In this document: positions 27,095-37,156 of the stretch, piece after piece
Position numbering within the stretch: the first letter of the stretch is position 1
How the letters are laid out: each line of letters starts with the position of its first letter
Assembly (NCBI GenBank): GCA_965221165.1
Contig: CBDCRP010000003.1
Coordinates: 707,735-771,734 of the forward strand
Origin: a bacterium
GTDB taxonomy: Bacteria > UBA8248
DNA: 64,000 nt
Direction of reading: 5' to 3'
Notes under the pieces: model-generated
Told to the model about the DNA's origin: nothing
Seen by the model: the letters and a program-made list of their open reading frames with translations, nothing else
Database searches by the model: none
Translations under genes and position numbers: made by a program

Positions 27095-27889
27095 TTAATT
27101 TCGCGCCAGAAAATCCTCGATGTCCTTCAAGGATTCCTCAAAGCACTGGATGAGGAAGAAGTGGCTCGCCTCCTCGTAAATCTTGATCTCACAACCCGGT
27201 ACGCGGTCGGCTATCTCACGCGAGGCGCTCGCCGCGCACAGCACGTCCTGCCCGCCCGCGAGCACCAGCGTCGGGCACTTGACTTCGTGCAAGCGGTCGA
27301 GCGCATCGTGCGTGAGGCAGGCATGGGTGGAATTGACGTAGCCGGGTATCGGGCGAGCCGGGTCCGCGAGTACCGTCTCGAAGGCGTCGAGTTGCTCCTG
27401 GTTTTCGTTGAAATAACGAGGCGGGAAGAAGAAAAGCGATTGATGCTTGGCCGCCGGGCCATAGCCCTGGGCCTTCACTACCTCGTTGATGTTGTAGAGG
27501 ATTTGATAGCCGTAGCGATCCAGCTTGCCGAAAGAGGCGGTGATGAGCAGGCTCCGCACGCGGTCGGGATAGTCGAGCGCCATCATCTGGGCGATGGCTC
27601 CCCCCATCGAGCGGCCGATGACGTGCGCGGGCTCGGTGATGCCCACCGCATCCATGAGGCCGATGGTATCGGCCGCGAAATGGCTGGACGTGTAGGGATA
27701 ATCGGGCGCGGAACTCCTGCCCGCTCCCCGGTTGTCGAAGGCCAGCACGCGGTAGTTCTTCTCCAGACTCGCGATTTGCGGCTTCCACGCGCTGCAATCG
27801 CCCGCGAGACCATGGATGAGAACGACGGGCACGCCCTCCCCGTAATCCTCGTAATAAAGCTCTACATCACCCACCTGAACCTTCGGCAT
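27095..27889 (-). CDS. alpha/beta hydrolase
   Basis: 264 aa with VVLIHGLAGD and the nucleophile elbow GRSMGG. Confidence 0.9.
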   Translation of the reverse strand: MPKVQVGDVELYYEDYGEGVPVVLIHGLAGDCSAWKPQIASLEKNYRVLAFDNRGAGRSSAPDYPYTSSHFAADTIGLMDAVGITEPAHVIGRSMGGAIAQMMALDYPDRVRSLLITASFGKLDRYGYQILYNINEVVKAQGYGPAAKHQSLFFFPPRYFNENQEQLDAFETVLADPARPIPGYVNSTHACLTHDALDRLHEVKCPTLVLAGGQDVLCAASASREIADRVPGCEIKIYEEASHFFLIQCFEESLKDIEDFLARN

Positions 27890-27994
27890 CTCGAAAACCC
27901 TCTTCTGTTAGAAGTCAAAAACTTACCCTTGGCCGCATTTTGTCGATCGAGCCTTCTTACAAGGCCGGGGAATACTCTTTCTCAACAACCGAAA

Positions 27995-28729
27995 TCAGTT
28001 CTTCTTGCCCTCGGCGCCCTCGGCCACCTTCTCCATGAATTCCTCGTTGTCGAACACCCAGCCGAGGCACCGCATGACGTTCTGCATCCCGAAGACGTGC
28101 AAGTCGGGCCCGTACATGCTCGCCACGCAGTCGGAGAGCATTACCACGCGGTAATCGTAGTTGAAGGCGGTGAAGGCCGTGTTCAGAACGCAGGTGTTCG
28201 TGTTGATGCCCATGAGGCAGATGTTTTTGGTGTTCAAGGAATCGAGGAGCATCTGGAGGTCCGTTCCCATGAAGCAGTCGAGGCGCTTTTTGTTATCGAT
28301 GACGTAATCGCCCTCTTCCACCAGGGAGGGAATCATCTCCGTCGTCACCTCGCCCATGATGTTGTGATCGTTCACCGTGCTCTTACGCCCGAGGGTCAAG
28401 CGGTTCTTCTCGTCCTGAATGTCGTGGAGCGCCTTCCAGAAGTGGACCCTCATGCCCTCGCTTCCGAGGCCGGGAATTTTCCTGAAGATGAGCTTCACGT
28501 GGACGACGGGAATCTGGTGGCTTCTCGCGAAACCGAGGAGTTCCTCCGCGTGGCCGATGACGCTCTCGCAATCCTCGTCACTCGCCGGCATGGTGGCGAC
28601 TTCGGGGTCCAAGTGGCCCCTGTGCATGTCGATGGTGACGATGGTGGTCTCCTTCGGGTCGAGCGACACCATTTCCTTCAACTGATCCGTCATTTCCGAG
28701 CGATCGAGAATCTCTACTTGCGTGGCCAT
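27995..28729 (-). CDS. isochorismatase-family cysteine hydrolase
   Basis: 244 aa with TIVTIDMH...K...; the segment LMGINTNTCVLNTA contains the catalytic Cys context. Confidence 0.85.
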   Translation of the reverse strand: MATQVEILDRSEMTDQLKEMVSLDPKETTIVTIDMHRGHLDPEVATMPASDEDCESVIGHAEELLGFARSHQIPVVHVKLIFRKIPGLGSEGMRVHFWKALHDIQDEKNRLTLGRKSTVNDHNIMGEVTTEMIPSLVEEGDYVIDNKKRLDCFMGTDLQMLLDSLNTKNICLMGINTNTCVLNTAFTAFNYDYRVVMLSDCVASMYGPDLHVFGMQNVMRCLGWVFDNEEFMEKVAEGAEGKKN

Positions 28730-28931
28730 GGCTTCACCCCTCTGCTTGAATGTAGATGTTCAGATTCCCACAGGATTTTTCCAGCATATTACATATCGCC
28801 CGGATTGAAAACAGGGGGTTTGGTCGAAATGGAGGGTGAGGCAGGTTCATATCCCGCCTTGGCGCCGGGAGCTGGGGATGCAGACAGGGCGCTTTACCTC
28901 ATCGGTTACGAGTGAACACCGGCTTCATCCG

Positions 28932-28958
28932 AAAAAAAAGCTCCCCGCTCGGGGGAGC
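28932..28958 (-). terminator. rho-independent terminator after sdhB
   Basis: On the minus strand: GCTCCCC-cgagc-GGGGAGC followed by TTTTTTTT, 29 nt downstream of the sdhB stop. Confidence 0.75.
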
Positions 28959-28986
28959 CTCCTCGCAACTGGCTGAAAGGTAAACC

Positions 28987-29732
28987 TTAATCACCTCGCA
29001 CGGTCGCGCGGATGAACTCGCGGTTCATCTTGGCGATGTGGCTTATGCTGATGTCCTTGGGGCACATGGCCTCGCACTCGGCGTGGTTGGTGCAGTTGCC
29101 AAAGCCCTCTTCATCCATCCGGGCGACCATGCCGAGCACCCTCTGCTCCCGCTCGGGCACCCCTTGCGGCAGATGCGCGAGGTGGGAGACTTTCGCCGCC
29201 ACGAAGAGCATCGCCGAACCATTCGGGCACGACGCCGCGCAGGCGCCGCAGCCGATGCAGGCGGCCGCGTCCATGGCCGCATCCGCGTCGGGCTTGGGGA
29301 TAGGAACCGCGTTCCCGTCCGGAGCGCCTCCCGTATTCGCGGAGATGAACCCGCCCGCCTGGATGATGCGGTCGAACGAGGTGCGGTCGACCACCAGATC
29401 CTTGATGACGGGAAAAGCGCTCGCGCGCCAGGGCTCGATGGTAATCGTGTCGCCGTCCTTGAATTTTCTCATGTGAAGCTGGCAGGTGGTCGTCCCGTCA
29501 AAACCCCCGTGCGCCTTGCCGTTGATGACCAAAGAGCACATGCCGCAGATTCCCTCGCGGCAATCGTGATCGAAGGCGATAGGTTCTTTGCCCTCCATAA
29601 TCAGGCGCTCGTTCGTCACGTCCAGCATTTCCAGAAAAGACATGTCCGGAATGATGTCGCTCACTTCGTAGGTTTCGAGACTTCCCGCCGCCCGCTCGTC
29701 CTTTTGCCGCCAAACCTTGAGGGTGAGGTTCA

Positions 29733-29733
<1 letters not shown>
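28987..29733 (-). CDS. sdhB: succinate dehydrogenase/fumarate reductase iron-sulfur subunit
   Basis: Three cluster motifs: [22 protein letters not shown] and [12 protein letters not shown]. The start overlaps the sdhA stop at 29733. Confidence 0.95.
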
Positions 29734-31658
<1,925 letters not shown>

Positions 31659-31682
31659 ACCCTTCTCCTCACTCAGGGAGAA

Positions 31683-32360
31683 CTATTTCAACACACCCGC
31701 CAGGACGGCCAATGGAATCGACATGAAACCAACCGCGACGAGGACGCCGCTCCAGGGGCCGAGCCGTTTGATGAAAGGGTTGTACGATGGATTGTTTATC
31801 CCCAGAGACTGGAACAGGCTCGTCACGCCGTGACTCAAATGGAGCCCGAGAAGAATCATCGAAACCAGATACGCTCCCGATACCGCGGCGCTCCCGAATC
31901 CCAGAATCACCATCCTGTAGACGTCGTGGCGGCCCTGCGCATCGTGTAACTGGGCGAACTCGGGGTTCGTGGCGAACAGCGTGAAATGAAGCAGATGATA
32001 GGCCGCGAAGGCCAGAACCAAGGCGCCCGTAAACACGATCGAGCGGCCCGCATAGGTGACCACGGTGGAATCGACCACGGCGTACTGGTGTGGCCGGGCC
32101 GCCTGATTCATCCGCCAAAGGCGCATGGCCGAGCCTATGTGGATCAAAAACACGACCAGCAGGCCGACCCGCGCCACCCACAGTAAAGCGCCCAGATCCT
32201 TCAAGCCCTTCGCGTAGGCGTTCGTCGCCTCGGGGCCTGCGAACATCAGCAGATTGCCGAGCAAGTGGGCGATGATGAACAAGACCAGGAGAATCCCTGT
32301 GACGGCCATGGCTATCTTCGCGCCAATCGATGATTGCAAGACGTTCGCAAACCGGCCCAT
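31683..32360 (-). CDS. sdhC: succinate dehydrogenase cytochrome b558 subunit (five-helix type)
   Basis: Located directly upstream of sdhA. Hydrophobic, with His-bearing helices (MAVTGILLVLFIIAHLLGN). I place the start at ATG 32360, with GGGGAG 6 nt upstream. Confidence 0.8.
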   Translation of the reverse strand: MGRFANVLQSSIGAKIAMAVTGILLVLFIIAHLLGNLLMFAGPEATNAYAKGLKDLGALLWVARVGLLVVFLIHIGSAMRLWRMNQAARPHQYAVVDSTVVTYAGRSIVFTGALVLAFAAYHLLHFTLFATNPEFAQLHDAQGRHDVYRMVILGFGSAAVSGAYLVSMILLGLHLSHGVTSLFQSLGINNPSYNPFIKRLGPWSGVLVAVGFMSIPLAVLAGVLK

Positions 32361-32583
32361 TGACTGCTCCCCACGAAACGAAGACTCTTGAAGTTGAGGG
32401 ATCACCCTGCTCAATCGGGTGTGCAATGTATAGTTTCATGCGCACGTGGTCAACCGCATTTTGGAAAATCCTCCTTTTTCACCAGACCCCGTTTCAGCGC
32501 GTGGCCTATTCTCGATATTTGCGATATTTTAGTCTGGATATTGCCGAATTTTTTGACGATCAACCCTGGAGAGGGAGGCTCGC

Positions 32584-33606
32584 ATGCTCAACGGTGACGT
32601 CTTCGTATTCGACAACGTGGTGCACATGTACGACTTATCGGACGAGAATCTCGCGCGGCCGGACAGCGGGCTCGATCGCCTTTGGCACCTGCGAATCGCC
32701 AAAGGGAGACGACCCGAGGGCCAGGAAGACATATACGCGGGCGGAGACCCCATCGGCGGGTTCGCCAAGAAATGGACTTGTGGGGAGTTGGGGAAACTGG
32801 TCTTTGAAGATTCCGAGACCGACATGGCCATGGCGCAGGCCGTCGTGCTCTACGACGTCTACAAGGAGGGCTTCTCCCCCGTTCAGGCGCAATACGAATT
32901 CGCCAGGGCGCACCCGGAGCGCGTTCTTTTCTGCGGCGGGGTGGACCCCAAATATCCGAGCGTACAGGGCGCGCTCGAGGAACTCGAACGCCAGGTCGCA
33001 GAGATGGGCGCGCGCTCGATGAAATTCTACAACGCACACATCGACGGGAATTCCTGGCGATGCGACGACCCCGAACTCGCCTATCCGATATACGAGAAAG
33101 GGCGCGACCTGGGGATCAACGTGTTTCAGTACCACAAGGGCTTTCCCATCACCCGCGCGCGCCTCGAAGACCTCACGCCGCTCGACATCCAGCAGGCGGC
33201 CATGGATTTCCCGGACCTCACCTTTGCGATTCATCACCTCGCGCTCCCCTATTTCGAGGAATGCGTCTACATCGCGGCGCGCTTCGAGAACGTGGCGCTC
33301 GTCCTTTCGGGCACGATGCACCTGCCCCTCGTCGCGCCCTGGCAGTTCAAGGAGTACATGGGCAGGCTCTTGCGCGACGTAGGCTCGGATAGAATCGTCT
33401 GGGGTTCGGAAGCGCCCCTGCTGGGGAATCCGCAACCCATGATCGAATGGTTCTGGGAGATGGAGATCGACGAGGAACTCCAGGATCGATACGGGTATCC
33501 TCCCATCACGGAGGAGGACAAGCGAAAAATTCTGGGCGAGAACCAGGCCAGACTCTTTGGAATCGACTTAGAAGCGAAGAAAAAAGAACTCAGACTTCTC
33601 GCCTGA
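32584..33606 (+). CDS. amidohydrolase family protein (amidohydrolase_2 / ACMSD-like)
   Basis: 340 aa with VWGSEAP and the C-terminus ...ITEEDKRKILGENQARLFGID, typical of the family. It is a paralog of 58890..60059. Confidence 0.8.
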   Translation: MLNGDVFVFDNVVHMYDLSDENLARPDSGLDRLWHLRIAKGRRPEGQEDIYAGGDPIGGFAKKWTCGELGKLVFEDSETDMAMAQAVVLYDVYKEGFSPVQAQYEFARAHPERVLFCGGVDPKYPSVQGALEELERQVAEMGARSMKFYNAHIDGNSWRCDDPELAYPIYEKGRDLGINVFQYHKGFPITRARLEDLTPLDIQQAAMDFPDLTFAIHHLALPYFEECVYIAARFENVALVLSGTMHLPLVAPWQFKEYMGRLLRDVGSDRIVWGSEAPLLGNPQPMIEWFWEMEIDEELQDRYGYPPITEEDKRKILGENQARLFGIDLEAKKKELRLLA

Positions 33607-33783
33607 GGCCGAGGCGCGGCTTCCATGAGGGTGCGGCCCTCGAAGCCTTGCAGGCTCATCGGCCGGCGGTTTCATTTCGCGCGGTTTCGGTTTGACCCCC
33701 GCCGCTTCCTGGGCGAGGATAAATCGAACAACAGACAATCATTTCAGAAATCTCTGGGCGAATAAGATACGGAGGATTTTTCC

Positions 33784-34914
33784 ATGAAACCACCCTATGA
33801 TGGGGAAAAACTAGACCGCCTCATGGAAGAAGCGGGGGTCGACGTCATTCTGGCCAGTACGCGGGAGAACGTCCGGTATCTCTGCGGCGGATACTATTTT
33901 CATTTTCACGAGAGATTCACGGCCATTGGACGCGGCCAGTACATGGCCCTTGCCGGAATCCCGCGCGGTGCCGCCGAAAAATCATTCCTGATCGGCGGGA
34001 GCGGAGAGTTCGGCCAGGCGCAGGACCAGAATCTCTGGATACCCGAACTCATCCCCTCGGGCAGGCATCCGGCCGAAGCCGCCAAAGACGCCGCGTGGGC
34101 CATCTCGCAGCGCGGGCTGGGAGCGGGAACCATCGCCGTAGAGGGCAATTTCCTGCCCGCCGTCGCCAAGGAAACGCTCGCGGGTGAACTCCCGAACGCG
34201 ACGTTCGTGGAGGCGCTGCCGATCCTGGAGGAGCTGCGCGCCATCAAGACGCCCGAGGAGATCGAAATCTACCGCCGCATCTCCCAGGCGGATGCAGAAG
34301 CCATTCGCGACGCGTTCGAGACCGCAAAGCCCGGAGCGACCACCAGAGACGTCGCCCACGCCGTGGAGCGGGGCATGACGGACAGAGGGCTCCACTTCCT
34401 GTGGGTCTTCGCCGCGGCGGGGCCGGGCATGCTGCGCGCTCCGTCCGAGAAGGTGTGGGAAAAAGGAGAAGTGCTCCATCTCGACGCGGGCGGTTCCCAA
34501 TCCGACTACCTGACCGACATCTGCCGCATGGGCGTGCGGGGCGAGCCGTCGCCCCTGGCGGATGAACTCTACAAGGCGTGTCTGGGAACGCAGGATCGCG
34601 TGCGCGCAGAGATTCGCCCGGGCGCCGTCTGCGGCGACATCTACGAGAAGGGCCTGACGTATCTCCAAAACACCGAGCACGGCGAATACGGCAGCTTCAT
34701 CATCCACGGCATCGGCATGGTCTCGCACGAACAGCCATATTTCGGCCCCGGCGTGGAGAGAAAACTCGAAGAGGGCATGGTGGTGTCGATTGAGACCGAC
34801 ATCCGCCACCCCGAGGTGGGCTTCGTGAAGGTGGAAGACGCCGTGGCGGTGACGGCGGACGGCTACGAGCCCCTGGGCGACCTGGGACGCGAGGACTGGG
34901 TGGTGATCGACTGA
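33784..34914 (+). CDS. M24 family (creatinase/Xaa-Pro peptidase-like) protein, copy 1
   Basis: 376 aa. The pita-bread ligand contexts are present: LHLDAGG..D, HGIGM, SIETD, VEDAV. Confidence 0.85.
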   Translation: MKPPYDGEKLDRLMEEAGVDVILASTRENVRYLCGGYYFHFHERFTAIGRGQYMALAGIPRGAAEKSFLIGGSGEFGQAQDQNLWIPELIPSGRHPAEAAKDAAWAISQRGLGAGTIAVEGNFLPAVAKETLAGELPNATFVEALPILEELRAIKTPEEIEIYRRISQADAEAIRDAFETAKPGATTRDVAHAVERGMTDRGLHFLWVFAAAGPGMLRAPSEKVWEKGEVLHLDAGGSQSDYLTDICRMGVRGEPSPLADELYKACLGTQDRVRAEIRPGAVCGDIYEKGLTYLQNTEHGEYGSFIIHGIGMVSHEQPYFGPGVERKLEEGMVVSIETDIRHPEVGFVKVEDAVAVTADGYEPLGDLGREDWVVID

Positions 34915-36050
34915 TGAAGCCGCTTTACGATCAAGAAAAACTCGATCGCCTGATGGAAGAAGCGGGCGTCGGCCTCGTGCTCGCGCACACGCCCCACAAC
35001 CTCCGATACCTGACGGGAGGCTATTACTTTCATTTCCGCGAAAGAGTGACCGCCATCGGGCCCAGCCAGTACCTCCCCTTCGTGGGGATTCCGCGGAAAA
35101 ACCCCGAAAACGCCTTTCAGGTGGCCTGGCGCGTCGAGGCGTCGCCCCGAAACGAGGTGGACACCTGGATACCCGAGGTCATCTACACGAAGGCGCGGGG
35201 AACCGTCGGCGCTGCGGAAACGGCCGCCGAGGCCATCAGGAAGCGCGGTCTCGGTGAGGGAACCATCGCCGTCGAGCGCGGGTTCTTGCCCGTGGATGCG
35301 ATGGAAACCCTCCAGAGCGAGTTGCACGGCGCGCGGTTCGTCGATTCCCTGGGCATTCTGGAAGAGCTTCGGGCCGTGAAGAGAGAGGATGAACTGGAGA
35401 TATTCCGGCGCGCCGCGCTTGCGGATTCAGAAGCCATACAGGCCGGTTTTCAGGAGGGGGCGCGCGACGTTACGACCCGTCGGGTGGAGCAAAGGGTGGA
35501 GGAGGAAATGGTGCGGCGCGGGCTTCATTTCCACTACGCCTTCACCGCGGCGGGACCCGGCATGAGGCGCGAGCCCTCCGGTAAAATCTGGGAGAAAGGA
35601 GAAATCCTACACATCGACGCGGGCGGCTCGGAGGCGGGCTACATGTCCGACATCTGCCGGATGGGGGTGCGGGGCGAACCCTCCGCTTTAGCCGAGGAGC
35701 TCGGAAAAGCGTGTCTCCACTCGGTCGACGCCTGCCGGGACGCCATACGGGCCGGCGCGAGTTGCGCTTCGGTTCAGGCGCAAGGACAGGAGGCGTTTCA
35801 GGATACCGGCTTTTCGGATTTGGGCGTCTTTGAAGTGCACGGAATCGGCATGGTGCAGCAGGAACTGCCGCGTTTCGGCCCCGAGGTGGAGCGAACGCTC
35901 GAGGCGGGAATGGTGGTATCCGTCGAGTGCGACATCCGCCACGCGGAAGTCGGCCACGTGAAGATTGAAGACGCCGTCGCCGTCACCGAAAGCGGCTGCG
36001 AGGGCCTGGGAGATTTGGGCAGGGATTCCTGGGCGTGCGTTGATTCATAA
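34914..36050 (+). CDS. M24 family protein, copy 2 (tandem paralog)
   Basis: 378 aa. The N-terminus MKPLYDQEKLDRLMEEAGV parallels copy 1. Start and stop overlap (TGATG). Confidence 0.85.
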   Translation: MKPLYDQEKLDRLMEEAGVGLVLAHTPHNLRYLTGGYYFHFRERVTAIGPSQYLPFVGIPRKNPENAFQVAWRVEASPRNEVDTWIPEVIYTKARGTVGAAETAAEAIRKRGLGEGTIAVERGFLPVDAMETLQSELHGARFVDSLGILEELRAVKREDELEIFRRAALADSEAIQAGFQEGARDVTTRRVEQRVEEEMVRRGLHFHYAFTAAGPGMRREPSGKIWEKGEILHIDAGGSEAGYMSDICRMGVRGEPSALAEELGKACLHSVDACRDAIRAGASCASVQAQGQEAFQDTGFSDLGVFEVHGIGMVQQELPRFGPEVERTLEAGMVVSVECDIRHAEVGHVKIEDAVAVTESGCEGLGDLGRDSWACVDS

Positions 36051-36068
36051 AAACTGAGGAGATTTTTC

Positions 36069-36653
36069 ATGCAAAGACCACCCGAGGGCTTGATGCGGCT
36101 TCAGCACGCCGCCATAAAAGTGCACGACATCGACGCGGCGAAGGATTTTTACGTGAACACGCTGGGCTTCTCCATATCGGAAATATATGAGCCGGGCACG
36201 GTGGGCGATTTTCCCTTCGGCCTGTGCTTCATGAGATGCACGGAGCTTCACCACGACATGAACCTCATCTTCTGGCCGGAGGGAGAAGGCCCCGCCCCGC
36301 CCGAGGGACGCTCCTTCGACACCTTACAGACGGGCCTTCACCACATCGCGTTCGAGGTGGAAGACCGGACGCAACTCGAAGCCTGGGCTTCTTATCTCGA
36401 AGAGAAGGAGGTCGAGATTTTCTGGGGGCCGTCCATCCACAGCCCCACGCATCCCGAGGGGGACGGCTTCTGGGGGGAGAACCACGCGCTCTATATCTCG
36501 GACCCATCGGGCAACTGCATCGAAATTTTCTGCGATCTGGCCGTCATGGATTCCTACACGAACCGCGTGAACGAAGAGTGGTTCCGGGATCGGCTGTCCC
36601 GGGATGGGCACCCCCGTGACGCCGCCGATCCGCCTAAAGCCTGGCAGCCCTGA
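36069..36653 (+). CDS. VOC family protein (glyoxalase / extradiol dioxygenase-like)
   Basis: Motifs LQHAAIKVHDIDAAKDFY...LGF and GLHHIAFEVED. GAGGAG lies 7 nt before the ATG at 36069. Confidence 0.8.
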   Translation: MQRPPEGLMRLQHAAIKVHDIDAAKDFYVNTLGFSISEIYEPGTVGDFPFGLCFMRCTELHHDMNLIFWPEGEGPAPPEGRSFDTLQTGLHHIAFEVEDRTQLEAWASYLEEKEVEIFWGPSIHSPTHPEGDGFWGENHALYISDPSGNCIEIFCDLAVMDSYTNRVNEEWFRDRLSRDGHPRDAADPPKAWQP

Positions 36654-37156
36654 ACGCCGGGCGAAGAGTTCGATTTCCTCCCCGATGGGATGAGAATGGC
36701 GAGCGTCTTGTCAGTGCGACTGAAAAGGGAATGACACAGAAAATTCACGCATCCGGATTGATGCCGTTTCTTGCTCCCTTCCCATCCTCGAATTAAGAGC
36801 ATACCCCGGAGAAACGCTTCTCGTTTCATCCCTTACTTGACAATTCCATCTCCATATCCCACCTTGGTTCTCGGCATACAATCCATGCGCGGTTGATCCA
36901 CGGACTACCCGCCGAATACGAGACGACCCTTCCCAGGGGTTGAAAGGGGCGGGAATCCGCTTTTCTTCCAAATCGTGGCTTGTGTGTCGAACGGCCCCGG
37001 ACTGCGTCCGAGGGCTTCGAGGGCACTGTTTCGTGCGGTGATTCGGGAGGATCGCGCCTTCATCATCACTTTCATCATATAACGTCAAATTCCCTCCCCG
37101 ACTCTCGATCGAAATAGGCTGAAAATTCAAGGCGGCATTCATATAAGGAGGTACGT

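Noticed and set aside
27050-28915. 621-aa + strand ORF
   Set aside because: It is antisense to a well-supported alpha/beta hydrolase (GRSMGG) and an isochorismatase gene. It has no recognisable domains.
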